Shown here: piece by piece, positions 18,470 to 29,236 of the stretch
Layout of the letters: every line of letters starts with the position of its first letter
How positions within the stretch are numbered: the first letter of the stretch is position 1
Assembly (NCBI GenBank): GCA_963753815.1
Contig: CAVWDU010000007.1
Span: forward strand, 109,167 to 173,166
Source of the DNA: an uncultured Gammaproteobacteria bacterium
Lineage (GTDB): Bacteria; Pseudomonadota; Gammaproteobacteria; Pseudomonadales; Halieaceae
Length of the DNA stretch: 64,000 nt
Reading direction: 5' to 3'
Translations under genes and position numbers: made by a program
The notes under the pieces: generated by a model
What the model saw: the letters and a program-made list of their open reading frames with translations, nothing else
Database searches by the model: none
Told to the model about the DNA's origin: nothing

Positions 18470-18891
18470 AACAGCTCACTGCGACGATGCTGACGGCAGG
18501 CCGCGCAGAGGGGGAATTACTGGTCCTTGCGCAGCCACTCAGCCTGTGGGGCGGCATTGACCTGGGGACCGGAGAGGTCATCGATCCCACTCACCCCCAG
18601 GTGGGGCACCGCGTCGCCGGCAAGGTGCTGGCCATGCGCACCGCGCGCGGTTCCTCCTCCTCCGCCAGCGCCCTGGTGGAGACACTGCGACGCGGGTGCA
18701 ACCCGGCGGCCATTGTGATGACGGCGACGGATGCCATCCTGGTCATGGGCGGACTGGTCGGCGAAATGCTTTACGGTCAGGCACTGCCCATCGTGCTTAT
18801 CGAAGACAGCGACTGGTCGCATCTGGAGCACTCCACACACGCCGAAGTCGGTCTATCCGGCGACAGCGCCTTCCTCTTGCTGCAGCCCTGA
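18466..18891 (+). CDS. Aconitase X swivel-domain subunit (DUF126)
   Basis: 141 aa counted from ATG 18466. GELLVLAQPLSLWGGIDLGTGEVIDPTHPQVGHRVAGKVLAMRTARGSSSSASAL is typical of DUF126. Confidence 0.8.
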   Translation: MKQLTATMLTAGRAEGELLVLAQPLSLWGGIDLGTGEVIDPTHPQVGHRVAGKVLAMRTARGSSSSASALVETLRRGCNPAAIVMTATDAILVMGGLVGEMLYGQALPIVLIEDSDWSHLEHSTHAEVGLSGDSAFLLLQP

Positions 18892-19005
18892 CCGAATGTA
18901 CCCCGCGCTCACAGCAGTCGGTACGGTAATGCGGCGACTTGTGCATCGCAGGCCACGATGTAGCGTGTAAACTTCCATGCATCACCGCCGCGATCAAAGG
19001 AGCAC

Positions 19006-19912
19006 ATGATGTCATACACAAAGGCCCACGAAGCCGACTGCACCGCATGCGAGGGGGCGATCGCCCTCAGGGTAGCGCCGCGGGAGGCGGACCTCGGCGA
19101 ATTCACAGTGCGACGGGTACTCCCGTCCAAGGCCCGTCGCATGGTGGGTCCTTTCGTATTTTTCGATCATATGGGGCCGGCGGAATTCCCGCCCGGCAAG
19201 GGTATCGCCGTGCGTCCTCACCCGCATATCGGTCTGGCCACGATCACCTACCTTTTCGCCGGTGAGATCGTTCATCGCGACAGCCTGGGCGTCGTGCAGA
19301 CGATCGCCCCGGGTGCGGTCAACCTGATGACGGCGGGCCGTGGAATCGTGCACTCCGAGCGCGCCGGCTCCGACCTCGATGAGCACGCCCGACTCCACGG
19401 CATCCAGTCCTGGATTGCGCTGCCCGAAAGCGAACAGGAGATAGCGCCGGACTTCACCCACTACCCCCGCGAGCAGCTCCCCGACGTGGATCTTCCGGGT
19501 GCGACGATACGAGTGATTATGGGCGAGGCCTATGGCGCCACATCGCCCGTGCACTGTTACTCCCCGACGCTCTACCTCGAATGCAGGCTGGAGGCCGGGG
19601 CAACGCTGACACTGCCCGGGGATCAGGCGGAACTCGCGCTATATGTCGCGGAGGGCGACGTTGCCATCGACGGTGACACCTACCCGACCGGTAACATGGC
19701 GATCGCGCTGTCCGCACACGGCGGTAAAACTGCAGGCGCGAGAGGCGAGCCGGGTCATGGTCATCGGCGGCGAACCGCTCGGCAAGCGACACCTCTACTG
19801 GAATTTTGTGTCTACCTCCCGGGATCGCATCGAGCAGGCCAAGCAGCTCTGGCGGGACGAGGGCTTCCCGCAGGTACCGGGCGACGAGGAACGTATACCG
19901 CTGCCGGATTGA
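19006..19912 (+). pseudogene. Pirin family protein with a single frameshift near codon 240
   Basis: N-terminal cupin: RRVLPSKARRMVGPFVFFDHMGPAEF...HPHIGLATITYLFAGEIVHRDSLG. The conserved C-terminus RVMVIGGEPLGKRHLYWNFVSTSRDRIEQAKQLWRDEGFPQVPGDEERIPLPD is in the +1 frame (stop 19910-19912). Removing one G at ~19723-19724 joins ...ALSAHG to VKLQAREASRVMV. Confidence 0.8.
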
Positions 19913-19923
19913 GCGGCGAGTCT

Positions 19924-22900
19924 TCAGGCAGGCTCCTGCACCTGCACTACCGCAGCGGGATTGAGAAAGCGGTGCAACAGTGCCGCGCGCTGGTTACGAT
20001 ACTCGACGATGGACGCGGCCTTGACCGGCCCGTAGCCCCGCACCTGGTCGGGCAGGGTCGCGCACTCGACAGCGGTACCGTGGTTCTCCACCGACAGCCC
20101 GGCGATGAGCTGTCCGACCAACTCGCGGTAGTCCTCGATCAATGCCCGCTCCTCACGTCGCTCCCCGGAGTCGGCCGAAGGGGTCCAGGGCGGTGCCTCG
20201 CAGTCCCTTGCAGCGCGCCAGCAGCTTCATCGCCCCGAGCATCCAGGGCCCGAACGTCCGCTTGCGCGGGCGCCCCTGGGAATCCGTGCCCCGATTGAAG
20301 ACCGGCGGCGCCAGGTGAAAAGTGAGCCGATAGTCACCTTCGAAGGTCGCCTTCAGGTCGCGCATGAAGTCGCCGCTGGTGTACAGGCGAGCCACCTCGT
20401 ATTCATCCTTGTAGGCCATGAGCTTGTACAGGTAGCGCGCTACCGCCCGGGATAGCGCGTCCTCACCCGGCATGACCCTGGCCTCCGCCTCGCGCACTTC
20501 CGCGACCAGCGCGCGGTAGCGGTCGGCATAGGCTTCATCGGCGTAGCGGATCAGCAGGTCGGCACGGTGTGCGACCAGCTCGTCGACGGTTTTTGGCCTG
20601 CTGGGAGCAGGTGTGGAGCCTGCCTCCGCCACGTAGTCGGGTTCCACGGCGGCAAGCCGGCCCCAGGCCAGTGCGCGACGGTTTTCCTCGATATTAACGC
20701 CGTTGAGTTCGATCGCGCGCAGCAGTGCCTCCAGACCCACTGGCACCATGCCGCGCTGCCAGGCATAGCCGAGCAGGAATACATTGGAGTACACGGTGTT
20801 GCCCATGATGCGTTCCATGAGGGCGTTGGCCGATACCGTCTCCAGCCGGGCCTCGCCAACGGCCTGGGTCATGGCATCGATCCGCGCCTGCATGCGGATG
20901 TCGGCATTGCGGTTCTGCACGAACTGCCCACTCGGCACTTCGGTGTGGTTGACCAGCACCCGGGTGCGATCCCTGGCCAGCACCCGCACACAACGGGGGT
21001 CGGTGCCGACTACCACGTCACAGGCGACAACAGCGTCTGCCCGGCTATCGGCGATGCGCACCTGGTGGAGGGTATCGGGTGTCTTGCCGACACGAACGTG
21101 GCTGATCACCGCGCCGCCCTTCTGTGCGAAGCCGGTGAAGTCGAGCACGCTGGCTCCCTTGCCCTCCAGGTGCGCCGCCATGGTGATAAGCTGGCCGACG
21201 GTGACCACGCCGGTGCCCCCGATGCCGGCGACCAGCAGGTCGAAATTATCTTCCAGCGCCGGCAGTTCCGGCTGCCCGATGCGATCAACCCGCGCGGCAA
21301 AGTCCTCGTCGGTGGCGATCGCCGCCGTACGCCGCAATCGCCCGCCGTCCACCGTCACAAAACTCGGGCAGAATCCGTTGACACAGGAGTAATCCTTGTT
21401 GCAGGACGATTGGTCGATTTTTCGCTTGCGACCCAGCTCGGTATCCAGTGGATAGATGGAGAGGCAGTTCGACTGCACCGAGCAGTCACCGCAGCCCTCG
21501 CAAACGGCGTGATTGATGAAAACCCGTCGGGCCGGGTCCGGGAACGCACCGCGCTTGCGCAGACGGCGCTTCTCGGCGGCGCAGGTCTGGTCGTAGATCA
21601 GCACCGTGACGCCGGGAATCTCTCGCAGCTCGCGCTGCAGGGCGTCGAGTTGCGACCGGTGATGGAAGGTGGTGTCGGCGGGAAAGGCGCGCTTGTCGGT
21701 GTACTTGCCGGGTTCGTCACTGACGATGGCTATGCGGTTGACGCCTTCGGCGCGGACCTGGCTGGCAATCGCGGGCACGGTGATGGCGCCGTCCACCGGC
21801 TGGCCACCGGTCATCGCCACCGCGTCGTTGAAGAGAATCTTGTAAGTGATATTCGCGCCCGCCGCCTGGGCCTGGCGGATAGCCATGTACCCCGAGTGAA
21901 AATAAGTGCCTTCACCGAGGTTCTGGAACACGTGACCATTGCCGGTAAACCGGGATTTACCCACCCAGTTGACGCCTTCGCCACCCATCTGGATAAGCGA
22001 CTCGGTATTGCGGTTCATCCATGACGCCATGAAATGGCAGCCGATGCCCGCCAGCGCCTTGCTGCCCTCGGGCACGCGGGTGGAGGTGTTATGGGGGCAG
22101 CCCGCGCAGAAATACGGCGTTCGCTTCACATCAGTCGGCACGTCGATGCTGACCCGCGTGCCGGCCAGGGCGTCGAGCTCGGCGGCGAAGCTCACTGACG
22201 GAAACACGTGACTGATGCGCGCGGCGACGATGGGGGCCAGCAGGCCGGGACTGAGCTCTCCGGTCCACGGCACCAGGGACCGCCCCTCCTCGTCGTATTT
22301 ACCCACCATGCGGCTGGGTTTATCACCCGGGTAATCGTACAGGGCTTCCTTGAGCTCACTCTCGATGATGCCCCGCTTCTCCTCCACCACAAGGACCTCA
22401 TCCTTCCCGCGCAGGAAGGCCCGGGCGCCCTCGGTCTCCAGCGGCCAGACCATCCCGACCTTGTAGATGTCTATACCGAGCTCCCTGCAGCGAGCTTCGT
22501 CCACGCCCAGCAGGCGCAGGGCCTGCATCAGGTCGAGGTGACCCTTGCCGGTGGTGATGATCCCGAAGCGGGCATCGGCGATCCCGTAGATCGTCCGGTC
22601 CAGCGGATTGGCGCGCGCGAACGCCCGCACCGCGTCGAGCTTGGCCACCATCCGGGCTTCGACCTGGGGTCCGGGAAGGTCCGGCCACCGGTAGTGCAGG
22701 CCATACTCCGGGGGCTGGTAATCTGTCGGATCGACAAAATCACGCAGGCCGTGCAGTTCCACGGAGGCCGCGCTTTCCACGGTTTCGGAGACGGCCTTGA
22801 ACCCCACCCAACATCCGGAAAAACGGGACAGCGCGAAACCGTAGAGTCCATAGTCGATGTATTCGCCGACGCTGGCCGGGTTGAGGGTGGGCATGAAATA

Positions 22901-23416
22901 GGCCATGAACGCGACATCGGACTGGTGGGACATGCTGGACGACACACAACCGTGATCGTCGCCGGCGACGACCAGTACGCCACCGGTCGGTGAGCTGCCA
23001 TACGCGTTGCCGTGTTTCAGCGCGTCCCCGGAACGATCGACACCGGGCCCCTTGCCATACCAGATGGAAAAAACCCCGTCGACCTCGCGCGCCGGATCAC
23101 TTTCCACCTGCTGAGTGCCGAGAATAGCCGTGGCCGCCAGGTCCTCATTGATAGCCGGCATGAAGTCGATCGCGTGCTGACGCAGAAATTTACCCGCACG
23201 CCACAGCGCCTGGTCATAGCCGCCGAGGGGCGAGCCCCGGTAGCCCGAGATGAAACCCGCGGTGTTCAGGCCCCGCCGCCGGTCGCTGGCATGCTGCAGC
23301 ATCGGCAGTCGAACCAGGGCCTGGGTGCCGGTGAGAAACACGCGGCCACGCTCGCGCAGGTAGCGGTCGTCGAGGGTGTAATCATCCAGCGGTGTACTGC
23401 GGTTGATGTCGTTCAC
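19924..23416 (-). pseudogene. Indolepyruvate:ferredoxin oxidoreductase family protein (fused alpha/beta), frameshifted ~75 codons before the C-terminus
   Basis: A 1087-aa ORF (20153-23416) carries the family N-terminus LDDRYLRERGRVFLTGTQALVRLPMLQ, a 4Fe-4S Cys cluster and a TPP domain. It ends ...LDPFGRLRGAT*. The family C-terminus (ERREERALIEDYRELVGQLIAGLS...) continues in another frame to 19924. Deleting one C from the C4 run at 20163-20166 restores LDPFGRLRERREERALIEDY. Confidence 0.85.
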
Positions 23417-23697
23417 GGCATATCCATTTTTTCAGGCGTCAACACTACTGTAGCCGAGTCGGAGGGGAATGTGCTTGCTTTCGCGCCTGGCAGAGCACCC
23501 GTGAGTCGATAAATGATGCGCCAGGACGGGCAAAAACGGAATGATCTTCCAGTGCAGGCTAACTGAAAGCCAGTACCGCAAACGACAAAAACGGTGAGCG
23601 AACCTCGCTAAGGACGAAGGCCACTACCTGCACGACGCAACTTGCTCTGGACGCTTCAGAGCGCCGCTGAGCGCGATTGCCAGTATTCAGAGGAGCC

Positions 23698-24939
23698 CTA
23701 CGTCACCCCGCCGCGCGGCGAGCCGTCGATGCCGCGCCATTCCTCGGTCACCATGACCCCATGGAGCGCATCGACGGCGTCCCAAACGTCGCAATAGCTG
23801 ACGTACAGCGGGGCAAACCCGAAACGCATCGTCGTAGGTGCGCGAAAATCACCGATCACTCCGCGGGCGATGAGCGCCTGGATAATGGCGTAGCCCGCCG
23901 GGTGATTGAAGGCAACCTGGCTACCGCGGCGATCCGCATCGCGCGGCGTAATGAGGTCAAAACCGTACTCTCTGCAGCGCTGCTCGACGAGGTCGATGAA
24001 CAGGCCGGTCAGCCGCCGGGACTTTTCCCGGACCGCGGCGGGATCGTTGCTCAGTGCGAGGTCGATACCGATCTCGGCAACCGCCAGGCTGAGTATCGGC
24101 TGCGTACCGCTGAGCATCTGTCGGGCATCCTCTGCCGGCCGATAGTCGCGCTCAAACTCGAACGGCGCGGCATGGCTCCACCACCCACTCAGCGGCTGCA
24201 GCGCCCGGCCCTGGTGGCGGCGCGCGGCGAAAACGAACCCCGGCGCACCCGGCCCACCATTTAAGTACTTGTAGCTGCAGCCCACCGCGAAGTCGACCTG
24301 CCAGGCGTTCATCTCGAGCTCGAGGACACCGGCACTGTGGCAGATATCCCAGATCGCAATGGCGCCGGCTTCATGAATCGCGGCAGTGAGTGAGGGTATA
24401 TCCAGCGCCCTGCCTGACTTGTAGTGGATATCGGTAAGACAGACGGCGGCGACACGCTCGTCGATCGCGTTGAGCAGCTCCGCTTCCTCAGCAAACCGGA
24501 TTTCGTAGCCATCACCGAGCTGTTCTATCAGCCCCTGGGCGATGTAGTTATCCGTGGGGAAGTTACTGCCCTCGAGCACAACGACACGACGCGAGGGGCG
24601 CAGTGAGAGTGCGGCTGACAGCACCTTGTACAGGTTGATCCCGGTGGAGTCGGTCACCACCACTTCTCCGGCGTCGGCGCCGATCAGCCGCGCAACCTTG
24701 TCGCCCAGGGTCGAGGGCAGGTCCCACCAGCCGGCCGCGTTCCAACTGCCGACCAGCCCCCTCCCCCACTGCTCATCGACCACGTCCCGCGCACGTTGTG
24801 CTGCGGCGCGGGGCAGCGCGCCCAGGGAGTTCCCGTCCAGGTAGACGATGCCCTCAGGCAGGTCAAACGCGTGGCGCATCTCCCGCAGTGGATCGTCGCG
24901 ATCAAGGGTCTCGCAGTCGGCGCGTTCCATGTTCATCAT
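23698..24939 (-). CDS. kynU: Kynureninase
   Basis: 413 aa. FDLPEGIVYLDGNSLGALPRAAAQRARDVVDEQWGRGLVGSWN and the following PLP-fold regions match bacterial KynU. Confidence 0.9.
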   Translation of the reverse strand: MMNMERADCETLDRDDPLREMRHAFDLPEGIVYLDGNSLGALPRAAAQRARDVVDEQWGRGLVGSWNAAGWWDLPSTLGDKVARLIGADAGEVVVTDSTGINLYKVLSAALSLRPSRRVVVLEGSNFPTDNYIAQGLIEQLGDGYEIRFAEEAELLNAIDERVAAVCLTDIHYKSGRALDIPSLTAAIHEAGAIAIWDICHSAGVLELEMNAWQVDFAVGCSYKYLNGGPGAPGFVFAARRHQGRALQPLSGWWSHAAPFEFERDYRPAEDARQMLSGTQPILSLAVAEIGIDLALSNDPAAVREKSRRLTGLFIDLVEQRCREYGFDLITPRDADRRGSQVAFNHPAGYAIIQALIARGVIGDFRAPTTMRFGFAPLYVSYCDVWDAVDALHGVMVTEEWRGIDGSPRGGVT

Positions 24940-25225
24940 GCCAGGTCCAGGGGTGGAGGATAGGGGTGAAGACTTAAGGGTAAATGCTATGGGCGAGGGG
25001 GCCCCGCAGTAGGCTGCCGCCCTGTGAGTGTAGCACGCCAGGGAATGACGCTCTGGCGACAGGATGGGCCTTCTCGGCCGTCGACCTGAACAGCGGATGA
25101 AGGAGAACCGGCTTTAAGTCGCGGCGCGATTGCCGTTGTTCAGAGGTGTCACAGGGCGGCTCGCGGCGTACAACAACAAGTTCTCTGCACGGGCCCGACA
25201 GACAAACATCTAGCAGGCCAGTGAA

Positions 25226-25254
25226 CAAAAAAAGCCCCGCAACAGCGGGGCTTT
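25226..25254 (-). terminator. Rho-independent terminator downstream of the fasciclin gene
   Basis: On the minus strand the sequence reads GCCCCGC-TGTT-GCGGGGC followed by TTTTTTT, 27 nt after the TAA stop. Confidence 0.85.
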
Positions 25255-25280
25255 AGCAATGGGCTACAGCGTCGCAGGCG

Positions 25281-25796
25281 TTACGGAAGCAGCACTTTGT
25301 CGATGATCCAGACGAACCCGTTGCTGGCCTGTACACCCTGGCAGTCGATAGCGGCGTCATTCACCCGCGTCGCGTTGTCGCGGCGGTGGTAAAAGATGCT
25401 GCCGCCAAGAAGGGTGTCTCGACGGAATGCGTTGGTAAACCGGCGCGGGTCGGTCGTGTTCGGCGTGACGTGATACAGCAGCACCGCCGTGAGCAGATCG
25501 ACGTCGTCAACCACATCTTCCAGCAGTCCGCCGGGGAGGGCATCGAAGGCCGCGTTCGTGGGGGCCAGTACGGTAATTCCTTCGGCTGTGGCGAGGTCGT
25601 CATCGAGACCCGCAGCGAGCACTGCATCTACCAGCGTGCTCAGCTCGGGCGTTGCGATCGCCGCTTCGGTGATCGTACCGTCGAACTCGACGATCTCGGT
25701 GCTCAGGCACTCGGGCATGGATTGGGCGTTCGCGATTCCGGAGGCCAACACGGATCCAGCCAGGGTTGCTGCGGCAAAAACGTTTTTCAGATTCAT
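25281..25796 (-). CDS. Fasciclin (FAS1) domain protein, secreted
   Basis: ATG 25796 follows a GAGGA Shine-Dalgarno. Signal peptide MNLKNVFAAATLAGSVLASGIANA. FAS1 motifs: LSTLVDAVLAAGL, TVLAPTNAAFDALP, LLYHV, NGFVWIIDKVLLP. Confidence 0.9.
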   Translation of the reverse strand: MNLKNVFAAATLAGSVLASGIANAQSMPECLSTEIVEFDGTITEAAIATPELSTLVDAVLAAGLDDDLATAEGITVLAPTNAAFDALPGGLLEDVVDDVDLLTAVLLYHVTPNTTDPRRFTNAFRRDTLLGGSIFYHRRDNATRVNDAAIDCQGVQASNGFVWIIDKVLLP

Positions 25797-26260
25797 AATA
25801 TTCCTCGTAGTGGGTTGCGCCATCGGCAGACAGGCTTACGGCCCCGGGGCAGCAGGGGGATCACCCGATACGACAGACGTCCATGACAAAACCTGGACAT
25901 GACTCAAAAAAGGGCCCCATTTTCGCTAGCCCTGTTCGCTCACCGATTGGTGTCGCGTTGAAGGCAGGTAGGCTGGTTGCCTGTCGGAAAGCGGCGGCCG
26001 GGTGCGGTTTTGCCTGAAAGCCCCGCAGGGCGGGCCCTGAAAGATACCCCGGGGCCAGGCACCGACGGCACGATATACCGCCAGCAGTGCCCGCGGCACT
26101 GCGACGGCGATTCACGCCTCAGTCGGGTAGGGCAACGCACCGCAGCGGGTGCGCGCCAGGGGGAGATCTGGCCGTTCGACCGAGCTGCTCAGCCGACTTT
26201 AGAGTCAGCAGGGCACGCGGGGCGACAGCTCAGGTTTGGCGCCGGGTTGAGCGGACTCGG

Positions 26261-26794
26261 TCAGGCGTTGCCACTCTTGAGAGACATGCCCGAGTTGTTG
26301 TCGGCATCGCCTGAAGGGGCATGGCTGGCTTTCTTCGACGAGATGGGCACAGCCTTGGCCGCCGGCTCCGCCGGGTCCATATCGATACTGCCGCGGAAGA
26401 TCGCGCCGTCTTCCAGCGTTACCCGTGGTGCCACGATGTTGCCACTGACATTGCCCGACTGGGAGATCACGACTGTTTCCTCGCCCTTGACGTCGCCGGA
26501 AACCTCACCGTCGATTTTTACAATGCGTGCATTGATATCGGCGGCAACAACGCCCGACTCACCGACAGTGACCTCATTTGATCCCAAATTGATGGTGCCC
26601 TCGACCCGACCCTGTACAAACAGGTTTTCGTCGCCGCTGATTTCACCCTTGATCTTGATCCCCGGTCCAATCATTGCCCCACTCCTGGCTGTTGTTTTTG
26701 CCGCGGGCGCCGCCGCTGCTTTTGGTTGGTCTTCGACAAGCGCACTGACTTCAGGTGACACTTGCTTATTTTTATTGCGTTCGAACATATCCAT
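26261..26794 (-). CDS. Bactofilin family cytoskeletal protein
   Basis: 177 aa. The core is a repetitive beta-helix (IKIKGEISGDENLFVQGRVEGTINLGSNEVTVGESGVVAADINARIVKIDGEVSGDVKGEETVVISQSGNVSGNIVAPRVTLEDGAIFRGSIDM) flanked by disordered tails. Confidence 0.85.
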   Translation of the reverse strand: MDMFERNKNKQVSPEVSALVEDQPKAAAAPAAKTTARSGAMIGPGIKIKGEISGDENLFVQGRVEGTINLGSNEVTVGESGVVAADINARIVKIDGEVSGDVKGEETVVISQSGNVSGNIVAPRVTLEDGAIFRGSIDMDPAEPAAKAVPISSKKASHAPSGDADNNSGMSLKSGNA

Positions 26795-27247
26795 CCACCG
26801 TTACATCCAATGGGAGATTCATGCTAGCAAGCGCCCGGGGGACGCACCATAGATCGGCAATACCTAACTGGCAAAAACTCCACTTTTCCAAGGTTAAGCG
26901 ATAGGCCAGCGGTCACGGCAGGCATCTGCCTGACAAGCCGACACGCAAGCGCGCCGACCACAGCAGGCTCGTACCCGCGATCAGAAGGTCCAGTCTCAGC
27001 CAGCATCGCGCGCTCAGTATATAAACGCGGGCGGTGCCACGGGAGGCGCAAAGCAGCCAACTATTCACGCCAGCGTCAGAAACAATTTACAACCGCCTCT
27101 CTGGGGCGGCGAGAGTGCAGTGGACCAGCAAACTGCCAATTCCCGCGATTCGTCCCGCCGGTTTGTGAGTTCGTCGCAACCCGTCTGGCGACCGGCTGAT
27201 AAACTGCTAGACTCCCGCATCTTCAATGACCACGGGGTACACCGCAC

Positions 27248-28993
27248 ATGAGGATCGTCATCGGGCTATTGGGCCTGTGCTGGCAAATCGGCATCAGCGC
27301 CGCTGAAACGACAGACTGGATCAGCCAGAGCAATCAATACGCCATGAAGGTATTCGAAGCGCAGGCGGCCTTCGCACCCGAGTATGTTGCCGGTATCGGG
27401 CTCGACCAGTACGACGGCGAGATCATCGACCTGGGACCGCTCCTGTACGAACGCCAGCGCGCAAGTGCCGAGGCACTGCTCGCCACGCTGCGCAAAGCGC
27501 TGAAATCGGAGACGCAACCGCGCGTTCACCAGGACCTGGAGATCCTGATTCAGGCCGTGGTCGACGACATGGAATCGGAACGCATAGAACACGAGCACCT
27601 GCTGCCCTACTACAACCTCCACCAATTGCTATACCAGAGCTTTGACTCACTGCTCGATGCGCGCAATGACAAGTCGCGCTATGCCAGCGCCCTGGACAGG
27701 CTGCGCAAGTACACCGGCTCGGCGCAAGGCTACCGGCCCCTGACCACACTGGCCCGCGAGGCCAGCGAAGCGCGGTTCGATGTCGACGGCCTGGTCGGGC
27801 CCTACCGCGGCGAACTGCGCGCGGATCTCGACAACGCACCGCGGATGATCGCGGGCATGGAAGCGCTGTTCAGCGAAGCCGGGCTGGACGGCTGGGAAAA
27901 GGAGTTCGGCGAACTCAAGGCGCAACTGGACGACTACAAAGCGTGGCTGGAAGCAGAGATGCTGCCAAGGTCACGGGAGAGCAACCTCCTGCCGCAGGCG
28001 GTCTATGCAAACCTGCTGCAGGAATATGGCGTCCGCCTCTCCCCTGACGAGCTGATTGCCCGCGGCCAGTCCAACTACCAGCTGATACGCAGCGAGATGA
28101 AGGCCCTGGCCTGGCAGATCGCCACGCAGCGTGGCTGGAAGGACAAGAACCTGGTCTCGGTCATTCGGGCCATGAAGAAAGAACAGGTGCCGGAAGACAA
28201 GTTGCTGGCCCTCTACCAGAAGCGGCTGCAGCAGGTCGAGGCGATCATTCGCCGCGAGGATCTGGTCACGCTTCCCAAGCGCAAGGCCTCAATCAGGTTG
28301 GCGACCGCCGCCGAGTCGGCTGTCATTCCCGCGTCCTTCATGAGTCCGCCGCAGCTCGTGAACAACTCCGGACAATACGGCGAGTTCGTACTCGTCACGT
28401 CTAATCCGGCGCTGCAGGGCGACGACGCACAGATGGATGATTGGAGCCACGATGCGATGACCTGGGCATTGACCGTGCACGAGGCGCGACCGGGGCACGA
28501 GATGCAGTTTGCACGGCTGATGGAAGACGGCACCTCCATGGCACGGGCCATTTTTTCCTTCAACAGCGCCAATGTCGAGGGCTGGGGCCTCTATGCGGAA
28601 TCCATCATGCAGGAATACCTGCCAATAGAGGGTCAGTTGTTCAATCTGTACACCCGCCTGATGCGGGCGGCGAGGATGTTCCTCGACCCGATGGTCAACA
28701 CGGGCCAGCTGACCCACGAGGATGTTGTGGCGTTTCTCACCGACCAGGTGGCGATGTCGTTGCCCATGGCCACGTCGGAAGCCGACCGGTACACGTTCAA
28801 GGCGCCGGGCCAGGCCACCTCCTACTACTTCGGCTACATGAACCTGCTGCAGTTGCGCACCGGGATCGAAATCGGACTTGGCGACGACTTTAACCAGCGG
28901 GAGTTTCACGATTTCATCCTGCGCCAGGGTCTGCTGCCCCCAGATTTACTGCGCGAAGCCGTGACGGAGCGGTTCCTGGGCACATCGCCCTGA
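27248..28993 (+). CDS. DUF885 family protein (putative secreted metallopeptidase-like)
   Basis: 581 aa with a signal peptide MRIVIGLLGLCWQIGISAAE. The HEARPGHEMQ motif and the length are typical of DUF885. Confidence 0.75.
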   Translation: MRIVIGLLGLCWQIGISAAETTDWISQSNQYAMKVFEAQAAFAPEYVAGIGLDQYDGEIIDLGPLLYERQRASAEALLATLRKALKSETQPRVHQDLEILIQAVVDDMESERIEHEHLLPYYNLHQLLYQSFDSLLDARNDKSRYASALDRLRKYTGSAQGYRPLTTLAREASEARFDVDGLVGPYRGELRADLDNAPRMIAGMEALFSEAGLDGWEKEFGELKAQLDDYKAWLEAEMLPRSRESNLLPQAVYANLLQEYGVRLSPDELIARGQSNYQLIRSEMKALAWQIATQRGWKDKNLVSVIRAMKKEQVPEDKLLALYQKRLQQVEAIIRREDLVTLPKRKASIRLATAAESAVIPASFMSPPQLVNNSGQYGEFVLVTSNPALQGDDAQMDDWSHDAMTWALTVHEARPGHEMQFARLMEDGTSMARAIFSFNSANVEGWGLYAESIMQEYLPIEGQLFNLYTRLMRAARMFLDPMVNTGQLTHEDVVAFLTDQVAMSLPMATSEADRYTFKAPGQATSYYFGYMNLLQLRTGIEIGLGDDFNQREFHDFILRQGLLPPDLLREAVTERFLGTSP

Positions 28994-29236
28994 GTCCGGG
29001 AGACTGCCGGCCCGCGCAATGGAACCGCGGCGCGGACATCGGTCCGTCACTGAACGCACGCCGCGTATGGACATATCCCGAGTTCGGAAGCCGCGCAACC
29101 GTTGCGTGGTCCCGGATTGTCGAGTAGCCTCTCAATACACTCCATGTAAGCTGACGGAACAGGGTACGAGCCATGCGCGAAATCGGGAAGCGTCACGCTG
29201 GAGTGTGCGAGCAACCGGCGCAAAAAGGCTCTGTGG

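Noticed and set aside
20567-22024. 485-aa ORF on the + strand
   Set aside because: It is antisense to the IOR-family gene, has no family resemblance, and is a GC-driven open frame.
24940-25225. 84-aa minus-strand ORF (24974-25228) in the kynU-fasciclin spacer
   Set aside because: It has no Shine-Dalgarno, an odd composition and no homology. It also lies across the fasciclin terminator region.
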